Shown: in pieces, positions 1-14,295 of the stretch | How positions within the stretch are numbered: the first letter of the stretch is position 1 | How the letters are laid out: every line of letters starts with the position of its first letter | Source of the DNA: Iphione sp. A-MEVVRFRX5 | Lineage: Eukaryota | Length of the DNA stretch: 64,000 bases | Reading direction: 5' to 3' | Assembly: GCA_976226885.1 (NCBI GenBank) | Contig: OZ320316.1 | Location: 90,768,001-90,832,000 of the forward strand | Position numbers and translations under genes: made by a program | The notes under the pieces: model-generated | The model's database searches: none | What the model was told of the DNA's origin: nothing | Seen by the model: the letters and a program-made list of their open reading frames with translations, nothing else

Positions 1-425
1 TTACCCCATGCTGCCTGAGGCTGCTGACAAGCTATATTGTAATGTGGCCTGCACATTGTTGTGTCTTAACACTGAAGCTTATCTAGCTATCTTCAGACTG
101 TGTATACATATTTTCATTCTGTTAAAGTGATAGATGGGCTAGTAGGGGCTGAGATGCCTCATGAGGTATCTTAGTAGGTATCTTAACAATGGAAAGGAGG
201 TATACTGTCTAACATTGACTGATTGATTGAAAAATTTTAATTCTGAATATGAGCCGTTACCATGAACGGTATATGTGTTCAAATTTGTGTACAAACAAAT
301 GACATGAAAATGATTGATATCGAAGCCCTACCACCTACATTTTCCTTTTTATATGTTAGGTACAGCAAATTATTTACAATTTGTTAGTTCATATTAAATC
401 ATTTATCATATTTGCATACTATTCG

Positions 426-570
426 CACAAACAAACATTTTACAGTGTTTTGACAATAATTCTGTGAGATCCACACAAAAATCACACAATTTACACAGAT
501 TTGACAGAAAGTCAATGCGATCCACAGAATAACCATGCAATTTAAACAGATCGGACAGAAATTCAACAAG
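426..570 (+). repeat. Degenerate ~51-bp tandem repeat, ~3 copies
   Basis: GATCCACA...CAATTTA.ACAGAT..GACAGAAA.TCAA units start at 468 and 519; a more diverged unit precedes them. Confidence 0.55.
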
Positions 571-756
571 ATGCAGACAAAAATAATGTAATTTACACTG
601 ATATGACATATGGACATACAGACTATACTGAACATGCAGTCCGTGACCAAATCCACCATGACCGTTATGCTGGATTCCTGGGCGAACTTTGAACCGTATT
701 TGATATAGGAAGAGAGTCATCTAAAAAGAAGGGATACCTGCTGAGATTACTGATTA

Positions 757-1113
757 GGCCTTATAGAAAAAGATCTGTGTTTCTGGTAACCAGACAGACT
801 GTAATATTTTAGCTATTGGAGCTTTTTCTATTATTTTGTGGATACCTTCAGAATGTATAACAGCAGAGGCGTATCTGATACACCATTGTCTTTTCTAGGA
901 ACGCAGCTTTCAAATGATACCTGATACCTGTTTCATTATCCAAGCAGTAGAGGTTATAATGCTATATACGTCTGTTGTTTGCAATTAACATTGCCAAAAA
1001 ACATTGTTTCAATTAACATTGCCAAAAGAAGAAAAGAAAAAAATTGCAACCTACCTACCGACCGTATATTTTTTCAATTTGTTATGGGAAATACAGATAA
1101 TCCTTTTTAGGCC
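757..1113. mobile_element. Non-autonomous DNA transposon (MITE), PIF/Harbinger (Tourist)-like, 357 bp
   Basis: Imperfect ~35-bp TIRs (left GGCCTTATAGAAAAAGATCTGTGTTTCTGGTAAC; right, reverse-complemented, GGCCTAAAAAGGATTATCTGTATTTCCCATAAC), flanked by TTA at 754-756 and 1114-1116 (3-bp TSD typical of PIF/Harbinger). Confidence 0.7.
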
Positions 1114-2322
1114 TTACTCTGTGCCGAGGTAGGGGCTGAAAATGTCCACAAGTGACGGGAGTTGGGGCTAAAGATACGGGGAAGTAGCATCCCTGAAGTT
1201 CTGTTTAGTCAGATTATTATCAAGTAAGACTCTAGTGGTCGGTTGGTCGTTATTACTAGTTTATATCCAAGGTTCGTACCTTGGCAAAGGCAGCTATCGG
1301 AAACGGCTTGTTTATATGCGATCTTATATCCAAGATAGCCAGATAGGGTGAGGTTGGTAGAATTGAGACAGCTAAACAATAATGACCAAGGAGAGTTAAC
1401 ATTATATCAAATGAAATTGTTGGAATAAATTTGATCAATTTATAAATATTGTTTATATTTTACTAATTACATTGTACTAAGACTTGCCATGACTTTGGGA
1501 AATACCTCAGTATGGGGGAACCTTGCTGGATGCGGGTACCGTTCCCAAGGATCTTTTGCTTTCTTTCAGATTTCGGTGCTTTTTCCATGTAATTATAGAC
1601 AAGTAGTTGTATATTTCAACCTAATCACGATATTTGAAGGATGCCTTTTTATTTTAGCTATATTGATGACGTAATGGCCATATTGATGACATATATACTG
1701 ACGAAGTGAGATACTGATGTTGGTTTGCGCTCGTCCATATCTTCCTCTTTATCCGGCAACAACAAGGGACAGTTAGCCCGTTCGACCACAGTGTCGTACT
1801 GCCACCCTTTCAGTGGATGTTTGTGTGGTCATGGAATATGGCCGGCATATATAAAGAGGTGCAGAAATCTATGTGCTGGAACCATGGTGTGTTGTGGCAG
1901 CTGCCGTTCCTAGGTGGTCAGAGTGTACCTGCTCAGGCACTTCTTCATGCTATATTGTGAAGCAGCATTGGTACGGCTATGGAGGCTGGTAACAAAGAGG
2001 TGGAGAAAACCCTTATCTCAACTTGCATATATTTGCTCTGTGTGTGGGTGTGTTTTGTGAGTGTGAAGGAACCGTCACTGACTAACGACAAGCTGTGCGT
2101 CATGGCGCCTATAGTGTGCGCCTAGAGCTGTGAATGAATAATTGTATAGTTGTAACGGCATAGTGGAAAGACGCCTCAAATCAGTATGAAGGTATCAGCT
2201 GCTGCGCACACCCGATACATTTCTCATGAAGTGCAACTGGACTTGGATGTATGCTATGTTTAAAATGTGCAATGTGCCAGCAGCAGATAGGCATGTTCGA
2301 GGATCGTTCAGATAAAATATAC

Positions 2323-2440
2323 ATGCCTAGGTACAATTTGATCGAAAAATGTATGCGAAGTCAACAAAATAATGGTTATGTCTAGGTACAGTTTGGCTGA
2401 AATCTGTATGGTGGTGCCACCAGATGGACATACATGTGCT
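2323..2440 (+). repeat. Degenerate ~55-bp tandem repeat, 2-3 copies
   Basis: ATG.CTAGGTACA.TTTG...GAAA..TGTATG occurs twice, with a partial third ATGTGCTAGG. Confidence 0.45.
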
Positions 2441-5400
2441 AGGGTGAGAAAAATCGTGGAGGAAACAAATCTGGAAAAATGAGGTTTTTAAAGTGGAAGG
2501 AATGGTACACTTTCAGATAGGAAATACTGGAAATTTCCTACAGGCATATTAATCAATTATCATTTAGACTTTCTTTCATGCATTTTTTTTCCACAAAAAG
2601 CATACTGTATACGGTCAGAATTACATGTATTTTCAATCGTTGGATGCCATCAAACAGGAGACAGTCTTTTGAGCTAAGTTCTGATAAACGTAGAAATAAG
2701 AAGTAAAAATGAATATAATGAATAGAAAGTTTAAGGCCAAATACTTGACTACCACAGGTATCATCTTTTCAAGAAACATTAATACAAAATAGAGATTACA
2801 CTCCTTTTTCATGTACTTATTATCGTCATGGGCCAACGTCTCCGTCCTTTTATTGCATGAATGATCAAGTAAGGCAGTGAAACAAGTGTGTTTTAAAGGG
2901 CAAAATATAATTTAGAGCAGTAAAAGAATAGATATAACGGCAGTTGGAATCATTATAGTAAGCTGCTGCTGTAACGTTTCGCCCACTTGGAGTGGGAGAA
3001 ATGTCCCAGCAGCCTACTGTGATTTTAACATTATCTTGTTCCATTCCTATGTGCGTGGCGCACCGTAGTTATCCTGACTACTCATGCATATATAGACTAT
3101 ACCATTTGTTACTTACTACATTGAAACTTTGTATTCTTCATTTCACAATAAATGTTTTTCTACCTTAAATCACTTTGAACCTATCTTCTAAAAATTAAAT
3201 GAAATAGGACAGAGTCTTTGGGATACTATTGGAGGAGTATTACTCGCTTTGATTTAATTCTCATAACAGCGACATCCTAAAATCTGATTGAACCTCCTAC
3301 ATACATATCATAGGCATTTCTATGCTGCCTGAACCCACATCCCATGTTCCTGAATATGAAAGTATACTGTTATTTGCTCTTGACTTCAAGCTATGGAATT
3401 GAACATGTAAGCAGCTGTAGAACCGTTGTCTGTTGAAAGAGATTCTAAAGTCGACTCAATTTGCAGTACGAATGGCAGACGCATCCATTCATTTAGTAAC
3501 TGCTTAAAAGGGTTGATGTGTAGAGAGACGTTTTTTTCAATCGAAAGTTTAATGTACTTGATACTTATTTTGTATGATCGATTGGGAAGGGCAGGGGCTA
3601 GGAAAGTGACAATAAAGTAGCAATGCTTTGTCGAAATTGCTACATTTGTCATTCTGTTCTGAATGATATTGTCAACCTGAAAGGTATTTTGTTCCTTTGA
3701 ACGTACACAACCATACATTTCGATAATGTCCATGAATACATGTAACAATCGGTAACGGGTAGAGTTGCTATTTGCATCAACTGTAATGAACATAGTGAAT
3801 ACTTTTCTTTAAAAAAACGGCCAAGTCATTAATTTGTAATTAACTAAAATGAACCATGAACGTCTTCTCTGTGATAACACTCATAATGAAACTAATAAGG
3901 GATATTTTCCGCATCCTATGACTGGTTATACTTTCTTATCAGCACAGTGATTAGAGAGTTTGATTGTAGTGGTTTTTATCCTGTTAGAATAATCAAATGT
4001 GTAAGGAAATAATTTGTTGTCGTTAATCACTTTTAGCCGATTGGAAAGAGTTTTTCTGACATAGAGGCTTATACAAGGCCCATCCATCTTATTGTGAATA
4101 TGTATCGAAAGGACCATCTTTTCTTCATATTCCCATTAACGCACGTCCATATCACTGAGTGTCTCTCTCCATGTGCAGTTAGAGAGTGTCTGTTTATTCA
4201 AGAAAACATCAACCATATATACAGGAGAGTCTTAATTTCTGACTACATCGATACCGACCAAACCGGCCATTCTGACCATTTTCCTTCAGAACGGAAATAA
4301 TTTCATACATTTCCTATATGATTGACTATTGATTTAAATTGATTGACAGAAGTATTTCAGAGATTATCTTTGAATCAGGTGAAATAACATAAAAAACCAT
4401 GTCAAAGGACATAAAAAAACATCCTTTAACTAGTGAAATTCACTGGTTTTTGCCGCTGTTCCCATCATAAAATTAGTGCATGTAGAGACGGAGACATTAC
4501 TCAACATGACATCGTGATCTCTAAGCAAATTAAGCCAAATTTATATTGAATCAGCGTTTAAGTGATGGTCTGTATGGAGTATACAAAATAATCCGCTTTC
4601 CTGATACATTTTATACTGTACTACAATAACAATAATTACTGATTTTCCCCTGAATTCTTGTTTCAAATTAATAAAAATTCTCGAATACTTGTTCCTTCTT
4701 AATTAATCTTTCTGGTACAATGGGATCCAATCATGGAATGCCCGACCTGCAAAAGCAAAGTCTAATAAGACCATGAAAGTCTTTAAACAGTAACAAGCAA
4801 TATGTAATTATATTTTGTAACTCAAGCTAATGAAAAGAAAACACTTTCTTGATGTATAGTATCTTTAATCACAAGTGTGTCTGGTTTAACATTCTTTACA
4901 TTAATTAATGAATAAAAGTCTGTAAATTATCATTTGGTGATATAATTATGACCTAAATAGGATAATTGTCCACATCCAGATCTATGATATCTCTAGATCT
5001 CTTGTAGGCAGAGCCTAATAAGCCATGATGCAACTACCTAAGATTCTTTCAAGCTGTTCCTGAACTGGATAGTCTATCTCACAGTAATCAGTGTAGAAAA
5101 CATCCATTTAGCTGCATTGCAGCATCTCAGTTTCAATATATAGTAAACTAAGTGCCACGCGATGATGCATTGCATGTAACGTAGTGCTTTATATAATTAT
5201 TAGCTGTACTTTACATAGAGGATCAACCTTTGCTGTTAATGAAGCTGTAATGCCAAACTTGTATCAATGTATGCAGAATCCAGTCATTGTAAATAATTAT
5301 TAGCTTGATTCAGCTCTACAACGTTCTACATTTCCATTAAATTAATTTAGGATGCAATATTGTTTGATTTCGTCATGTATCGAGACGTTCATTTCGCGTA

Positions 5401-7136
5401 TACAGAGCACATGTCGGCACCCCAGGAAGGTTGAATTACAGGACATACACCCGGGATTTCTGACCGGAACAACCGCAATAATAGTGATATCATTGAACAT
5501 CTACTTGGCGTTAACATTTGATAATGATCCGGCAGTAAATATATATTACAAGGGATTTTTTAGAAGTGTCAATCAATGTGAAGATATTCACACTAAAATT
5601 GTGATCCTGTTCTAGAACTCGAAGCCTTCAACGTATTCCACACTTGAAGGTTTGAATATCCACTTAACATGCATAGAAACATTGATCCGAAGAGGCTTTC
5701 AACACTAAAGTAGGCGCAAAGCCATTTGCAACATCAATTCTCCTGCAGCAGGTGCCCTCTACGTGTGTTAAGTGAATCGATATATATGTGGATCGAGATT
5801 CATTGTATATAACACTCCTCGTCCGAACGACAGAGCCCATGTGATCTTGAGTCATCTAGAGTCGCTCGCATGTTAGTGAGCGTGTTCTGTACCACACATT
5901 TAGTACTAAGTGGTCGCTGTACTATTTGTCCCTGCTTTTTGTTTCCTTTGCCTGGGCCTACACTTATGATATCCAAACTGTGGGCACAGGTGTCGAAAAG
6001 CTGGCACCACGACCACTCTCCCTGCCATTCATATATTCGATTTCTTAAATATGATGTTATTAGACCAGTGGAATAGGAAAAATTTCGGACCAAAACGAAC
6101 AGTTGAGAATCAAATCATTTGTAAATCTGAAGCATTCTTTAGCCTGAAATTGTTGGTGATGAGCACATAGTTGCCGGTACTTCCGTTTAGATTCGGGAAT
6201 AATTTACAGGTGTGCGAAAGACACAGAAGAAAGATGATGGAGAAGATCCATTAGAAAAGTAATAATTGATTTGATGACATGCAGAGCACTACAGTGATTC
6301 TATGCTGTGTTTCCATCACAGAAAATTGTAGATGGTTATTCCATAAAGATTACATATATAATCGTTTGAAGTAAGTGCATGAGTGACGTAACCAAACGAT
6401 TTTGACAGAGACACTCATTCCTGTGAAATATATCCTGTGCTCAAAGTCCCCTTATCACAAACAAATATTGAGGTTTTATATGATTTTCGGACTAGTGAAA
6501 TATAGATAAGTATTTACTGTTGTCATGCATTATCAATGTATGTGTCAATAAATCTTATAGAAAGCAATAGAGATATACACTGTGTTTGCTTTGGATGATA
6601 TTAACTGGTCTAGTTTGGCTGATATATCAGTCATAAGATTGAAGTTGGGCTCATGATTATTTTCATGCCAGGGCAAATGGTTCACAATATCACAGAATAT
6701 TAGGAACAATATTAATAGACACGGTATCAATGCATCGCAGTCCTTCTACAGATATGCCAGCCCCTCATGAGTATGAAAAAGTAATTTCATTGCATTTACA
6801 TTTTTCATTTACACACATTTTAGACACACATAGCCTAAAAAAATGGCTGTGATTCTGGAAATGTGCTGAAAAAATAAAGGAGTGGTAGATAGGTGGTTAT
6901 TTTAAAAGGTTTTCCTCTGAATTCATTGTTAATGGAGCTTTCAAACAAAGAGTATGTGTTTCCAAGCTTGTAACTACCACTTGTACTGCTTGGATCGAAA
7001 TTTATATCATATGAAAGCAGAGGGCCTCAAAAGGACAATGGCATGTTGTATGAGTGTGTAGCCTTATTTATTCGCAAGATATCGGCAAAACAATGATTTT
7101 TAAAAAGTTGGAATAGCCAGAAATATTATTTCGTTT

Positions 7137-7170
7137 GGGTTACTGGAAAAACAGATATTTTTACCAGGCC
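7137..7170 (-). mobile_element. Isolated TIR fragment of the same MITE family
   Basis: rc GGCCTGGTAAAAATATCTGTTTTTCCAGTAACCC resembles the TIRs at 757 and 18010; no partner TIR identified. Confidence 0.4.
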
Positions 7171-8399
7171 CAAGAACATGTCTGTCGAATCTACCACGAT
7201 GTGCAATACGTGTTCAGGCTGCTGTTCTAGTTGTATGTGTAACAATAAAATACAATACAAATAGATTTCACTTCTCCAGCTATTGCCCTTATAGGATAGT
7301 GCAGAAGGTTGTACAATGACAGCATAAACATAACAACAAAAGAAGGGTTATTAGGTCTTGACCTAAAGGTTATTGATTCAACCCTATATTTGACACTAAC
7401 CACTCAGGCCTAATATTCATCCAATCGCAAGCCCGTAGCCAGTAACTAGCTGGTCCAAGCTCAGTACGCTACATGGCAGCACAGGCTTTGTAATACCCAT
7501 CTTCTTCGACGTTCAAGTTGTTTTTTTCAGTTTAGTTTGACGGCAAAGACTAGTAACAGTCTTCACGAGATGTATTCCTATCTCCATGCCAGAAATCAGG
7601 GTTTATACTCACACTACCGATGGGGGCAGAATTTATACACATCACGCGTACCAGCTAGAGGATAAAACAGGATTCATAAGTCCACGACAGGGTATTTGGG
7701 TTAGGCATTAAGAAGAACCACTAAGGAAAGGGATTGGGCGATAGGCTAATTTAAACAGGCTAGGGAACAGATCAACCCAGCGCACACTTTGACAGGATTT
7801 TCGGAGGAGGGACACAGTACCTTTCACTGTCCCCTCGTCCTTTTATTGTGCAGCGATAGAGAATGTATCTATGAGATAAAAGCTTCAATCTTATGCATTG
7901 CGAATTTTTCATGGCTGACTGTGATTTGCCTTGTGAAATGGAGTTTAGAAGTATAGGGGACATGTTCATCTTGGGGGGGGATTCCACGTAAACGACAAAG
8001 TCCAACTGGCCCTCAAATAGCAATTAATCTTGCTCAGATATGTCCTCAATCCGAATGCCACGAAAGTCAGGCCTGCCCAAGATAATGCGATTGGAAGAAT
8101 GGGTATTGAAGAAACAAGATATAAACGGACTAGAATCAGTAATAGACAAATAGCTTCTTCTGTGGTACAGCCGCTCAATGACCTCTGCAAGGGTGTAAAC
8201 CATGGCCGGACACAAACACAATGCGCTAGAATGTTCATGTACACAGACATTTCAGACGTTAGGCCACCCATCCATCTGTATGTCAAGATTCAAGTTTCAT
8301 TTTTTTTTCATTTTCATTTCAGTGTATCTTTAACCAGGAACTAGATAATCTCTTTCACATGACAGAGCTCTTACATATCCTCCTGGGGTAGCATACTAC

Positions 8400-8652
8400 C
8401 ATCTATTGTTGAGAATTGAGAGACCAGAATACCCGGGGTTGTCTCCTACTCTTATTTCAAATAGGTTTCTGGGGTCTTTTTGTGCATAGGGGACAGAATC
8501 CTATACACCCATAGCCTTTTTACGAGTTGTGGACCACTCTGGGTTGGGGCTACAGTAAATCTGTCTGGTCGTAATCAAGAGTCCCAAGCCTGGGATTGAA
8601 CCTGTGACCTCTCAATCAGTGGACCAGTGCTCTACCACTGAGCTAACTCCCC
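8400..8652 (-). mobile_element. tRNA-derived SINE (head 8652-8583) with Meta/MESC-like central core
   Basis: Minus strand GGGGAGTTAGCTCAGTGGTAGAGC (A box)...GGTTCAATCCC (B box); the D arm is intact but the acceptor and anticodon stems do not pair, so this is not a functional tRNA. Downstream TGCACAAAAAGACCCC...TTTGAAATAAGAGTAGG...CCCCGGGT (8494-8431) resembles the metazoan SINE Meta/MESC core as recalled. Confidence 0.7.
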
Positions 8653-11600
8653 ACCTGCAAGATCATTTTATTGCCTTCTCCATATATGGTGGTACAGAGT
8701 GATCAGTAGACAATATAAGAGAACAAACATTTAAGTAGATACTGAAAACATGTGGTAGATAACATAAGACCGATGCGATGAAACACATAGTAATGCCAAA
8801 GCAATGTACTGGTGTGTCATTTGCGTGTGTCATCCGTGTCCGTCATGTCCGTCACTGGTATGTACGTTATCCACCGAGGAACACTTTTAGGGCATTCTTG
8901 TGTGTATAGTGCCTGTTGACATATCACCACTACATGACATAATATTCGGGTGTACATATTCAATAATCTCACTTGTCAGACGAGTATGTAGGACGTGGAT
9001 GGAGCGTTGATTCGCATATCGGTAATGTGTGTTAACTTACTTGATGTTACGTACGCCGTATGCACATACACCAGTTGCAGTTCATCTGATGGACACTCAA
9101 TGCACACGACACATGCATACTTCAGCAGATGACCTTAATGTGTGAGGAGCAAATGTTGTGACAACTTGTTAATTTGATAAAAGGCTGATTAAGTTTTTGA
9201 TCAGGTTGTAAAACGTATTTGTATTTCTCCGTGATATGCAAATGCATGATACTTCATAGAATCATTGTAATTAATCATAATACTCTTATAAATTTGTTGT
9301 TTATTACGTCTTTTAAACAGATTTCTGGCTTATTTTGAAAATGCTAAAAACATTTTCAATCCAACAGCGTAACAGGTAGAGTTCTGTACACATGCAAATA
9401 ATGGTAACATGTCCTATACCTGGCATAAAGAGTATCTACACTATAGATATTTACGTCTTACTGTTTAATAAGGAAAGATTATAGCTACAACTCAAACTTA
9501 TCAATGACATACATTTTTATGTAGCCAAACATAAACTCAGACCAGTATGAAAACATATTCAATGCATCTCTGTAAACAAATTATACATGAACATGTTACA
9601 AGGTGAAAACTTCTTATCTGAACATTTTCTATTTTCCTGTTCATTGTGTAAATGTGGGAAATAGTGTATAAATTTTCATAAGATGTCTATGTTCAATCTT
9701 ATCTTTATCCAGGCAGAATCTCTAGGACACTGAAACCACCGGAAAGTAGGCATGCTTAATTAATGGTGGTAGTGGTGGGATTCTAACATTTAGGGGAGAG
9801 AAGGGAGTACCTGAAGGGTTGTGTGGAGAACCAACTTGCTGATGTATCAGGCCCGTTACCCTGTTGCCCCAAACCCTGTCATGGCTAACCCGTTTCCAAA
9901 GCTCATCAAGGACAAGAGTGGGACAGCCACGAGAGTGCTTCAACCGCTAGAATCGCCGACATGGCCATTATGATCACCCCCATGTCGACAGTGTATACAT
10001 GTGTGGGAAAATTCCCTTCAGCCTACTAGGACCGCGGAAAAGCACAAGAGGTCACCGGTAGGTATCCGAGGACGATTTGCAACCGCTGCCACTGCATACA
10101 TTAATGCTTCTGACCATGGGTTAGTGTGTAGGATATGTCGAATGTCCTGTCCGATTGGAGCCAGTGAACCTGCCCGTGCTTCGGAAGGCTACTGGGTTTT
10201 CGGGCTCTCCAGGGTGCCCGTGGTTATAAAGGCCTGTTCTGCTGCCTGTAAAGTAGCGGGTAGAACTAGAAAACTTATGGGGAACCTACCAGTCAGTTTG
10301 CAAAAGCTGTCCGACCACTCCCACATGCTCTTGACAGGGATGCTAAATGGGTTTCACATTGTTGCTAGAAACCTAGTGGACCGTCAGGATCAGTGGTAAG
10401 GTCGGAGTAAGTGACCAGAAGACATGTCCGGAGCACTGATGGGCAGCCGTGAGCGAGGAACTCGAGCAGCAAGCCGGGAGAGCCGGAATATTAATTGAGG
10501 GTCACCCTACGTTTGTTAGTTTGTAAATGTATTTATTGACCAGATGTCCGCAGGATATACCGATACACTCTAATAGCTCACAAGCTACCGTTGACTGAGC
10601 ATCAGCTTTGGGTGTGAGAATTGCTGGCTGAATCGACCGGATAACCCAAGGATGTCTGTGAATGAACAGGCACAAAAGACGGCATCGGAATTGTGCTTGG
10701 CGGAACTTCTCGGTGTGGATTCTTTCCGGATCACAGAGATTGCCGCTGGGACTTTTTTCCAAGAGAGTCTGCGAGCTCTGCGCCAGGAGGGAAGCATAGT
10801 GATGATGCAGACGTTTACTGTGTCATCAGAACAACATTCTGTTCATCGAACGAAATATGCGGCATGTGTACATGTACTTGAATAAGAGATGAAACCACTG
10901 GGCTGATATCACATTTTGTATTTGAGTCTGCAGTCAGAGTATTGGAGAGTAAAGGTTGCATAGAGGCGGGACCCTTTGGCCTTTTAACATATAAAACATA
11001 TTTTAGCAGGTGAGACATATGGCAGAAATGAAAAAATCAAGGGGATTTTATCTGAGAGTAGGGTTATGATTTATGAAGAAGGCTTTGCAATATGGTTTAG
11101 AAATAGAAGAAAAGCTGTCTAGGCTTGTCACTGGAAGTCATAAGGATTAGTAGCTGTGTTCAATTATTAGACAAGGATTGTCAAGTGCATCCAGATCTAG
11201 AATTTGGTAAAGGGGGACTAACTTTCTAAAGAAGTCAGAAATTGGACTTTGATACAGGTAGTCCCAGAGAAAGTGTGCATGTTGTTTTTGAGCTTGGTTT
11301 GAAGTCAATAATGGTCAGGATCATGGGGATGGCTGGGAGATCCGGAAGAAATCTCGGGTATCGGGTTAGATTAAGTTTGGAAAATATTTTATTCAGGTTG
11401 CAAGACAAGGAATGATAAATAAGATAGATGGAAGGTGGCAACACTGTCTTTAACCTGAGAGAAATAAACTTGTTACTCAGGATCTTCACAATTTAATGTC
11501 AAATCCCTTTAACAAAGAAAGCTACTATATAAAGAAAAGAAAGTATGACAAATGAGGGATGAGTTGTGGTTGTGTCAAGAGCATAGCACATTAATATCTA

Positions 11601-14182
11601 GATACTTTTGAATGTATATCTCTGCCAATAGCGCCTTTCTCATCCTGGAGAGGGTATAGGATGCACAGACCTTATCGCCAGACGACGCCTGAAAGATGTC
11701 TGTCATCATTTTATCTCTGGTACTACCATTGCTTATACATCCACAGTATCACATGAAACATCACAGACCATGCCTGCGTGATATGCTCTTTGTGTTTCAT
11801 CTCTTCCATCGTTCTTTTCATTTATTAATTATCAGCGAGCGGAAACTATCCCTTGTGAGGTTTTCGCTCCCAGCAGGGAGTAAATCCCATAGGAGGCTGC
11901 CTTTGAACAATATATTAGAGTGAAACCCTTCTCTTGTTGGTTGCGGTCTCGGAAATGTTAATGTCCTCTGTCTCCTGGTTCTTCATTGAACATTGCCTGC
12001 AGTCGAAAAGAAAATGTCTATGGCTAGTCCAGATATATATTGTATATTTCATTTGTTGATACACTGGAAGTACTGCAGACTACATGAGATTAAAAACATG
12101 CGCGTTGTTTAAGGTAATGCCAGACTGCTTTTTTTGCCCGGGTTTAGGTTATCTGTAGGAACTACCTTGATGGAGGTAAAGAAGAACTGGAATGCTTGAG
12201 GGAATATATCATCAAAGTGTCACAAAAAGGAAACGTTTTTTTTCTGAGCTGCAGGAGCACAAGATGTCCTAGTATAAAATGTTACTCATGGCGGATAATC
12301 ATACTCCCAAGAACCTGTGCTAGTCCCGGAACTAAAAAAATGGGTTAGCAAAGTAGGTGTTGAAGAGTGTAAGCCTGTACTATGTCTTATCCACAGACTG
12401 ATGGGGTGTCAGAAACTACACTGACAACTTACGAGAAGGATGACCAGAGACTTGCTCTGAACGTGTGCCCTGTGTCTGCCTCCGGGGCCACGCCTCACGC
12501 ATTGTGAGAGGTGGGTGTCGGTGTCAGCGTCTGCGTGAAAAAATGCCTGACCCAGAGAAGCATCTCCGGGTCGATTTGTGAGACAATTTAGGTAGCAGGT
12601 ACAAAGATGCCAAGCTGTCTTCTGAAAGCCTGTAGAGAGCAGCCCGGCAACAGAAAATGCAATAAGACAGATCATTCAAAGAGAGAGGACATCAGCGCAA
12701 ATGTTCCCAGTTATGACTGATTTCAATGATAATTGATTATATAATGAAGTCTTTAACCTTTAGACTCTGACCTGGGTTACTGTCAGGTCAATTTTTCAAT
12801 TAACCCTGGCACCCAGGTTATAACCCCACAATTAGTAATTCCGCCAAGTACAACCATACAAACAACACTCTACAGCTTTCTATTGACAGCTTACTCCGAG
12901 AACTTTATCATATGGTACTATGTTCACAAAAATATCCTTTTTACTTCTCATGTCATTAAACCTGCCGGCGATACATGCAGCATATGATTAATCAATTGGA
13001 ATACACAAGCAGTACTTTAATCCTTATATTTGGACACTATACAATGTACATGTATTCACTTTCCATAACACTAGTAACAATTGTGCTTTAAAATAGAACA
13101 TTATTGTAATTTGCTGGATAACATTATCTGATGGGGAACAACATTATAACAACCACTGTGTTACACTTTCCATGTCTGTCTATGTATCTCTTCCCTCCCC
13201 CCTTCTGTATGATTTCCCTCTCTTTCTACTGGTTCACGAGAAACAGCCTGATCCCCCCTCCCTATTTTGTCAAGGATCTTTTCGGGATTCCGCTTCCAGA
13301 TTCAGAGAAAAGCCCTGCGCATCTGGTGCTGATTCAGAATTTCATTAAGCTCTGCCAAGGTTTGTAGATAACTGAAGACCAACCATGTGTGGTAGCTTCG
13401 AAGGACGAATGTTGGTAGAGAAGCGTTTGCTGCTAAAGAGGCTTAGCATGACACCGTCAGCACCCGACACATAGTGTCTTCTGGTCAGTCCCCCCATGAC
13501 GGTCTCTGAGATCAGTGATACAGGGTGTGTTCAATCTATTGACAGCATGGGGACTCAAAGGTAACTGTTCAAGTCGTGCTGGACTCCTCACGTGCTAAGA
13601 TTAAGAAAACTAGAAAATTTCACGTGGAAAGCTTGATGGGTGGGTGACCGCCTGTTACGGTATCTAATTTGCTCCTTGAAGACATTTCACAAATGAGCAA
13701 AATCATCAGATTATAGATAAATTCTACTTGATATTAGTAATGGGCGACAAATCCATCTCAAAGCCCGGGTATTTCAGCCTTTTCAGTTGGTTATGGTGCA
13801 AAACTTCCAGCTCCCTAGGTTACCACATTGGGAACTGCCGAAACGTGGAAACACACACGAGATGAGAAATGTGGAGATGGTTCCTCAAAGGACAGGGACA
13901 GCAATGCTGTGGTAAGGTGGAACGCAATGATGCTAAAGGTTTAAGCCGCTATCCCCAAGTATGTGGGTTATCTAGACCCAGACCTGGGGGAATGGACATC
14001 AAGAAGACTGCAGCACTGTATTCCAATAGGAATGTTTTTGTGTACTTGGGTTACACAGACACATATGTGCGTCCATGGTGTCGATCGGGGATGGTCTAGT
14101 CTGTCTGCATGTGGGTCCGCATTGCAATGTGCAGACCCCAATATCAGAGAATAGAATAGAATGGAACTGAATAGGATGAAAT

Positions 14183-14295
14183 TTGTGTAAAGTGAGGCAT
14201 ATCAATGGAAATTGTTTTTTTGTGTAAAGTGAGGTATATTAGTGGAAATTGTGTCTTTTTTGTGTGAGGTGAGGAATATTATGGAAATTGTTTGG
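14183..14295 (+). repeat. ~36-40-bp tandem repeat, 3 copies
   Basis: TTTGTGT(AAA/GAG)GTGAGG.ATAT...TGGAAATTGT occurs three times. Confidence 0.7.

Noticed and set aside
1260-1320. YLGKGSY resembling a kinase glycine-rich loop
   Set aside because: The third Gly is absent, no VAIK/HRD/DFG motifs follow, and the frame is interrupted by stops.
1850-1950. EEVPEQVHSDHLG (minus strand) resembling a gypsy integrase His-zinc motif
   Set aside because: No downstream CxxC or DDE motifs; too short to support.
8583-8652. Functional tRNA gene
   Set aside because: Acceptor, anticodon and T stems do not base-pair properly, and it is followed by a SINE-type body.
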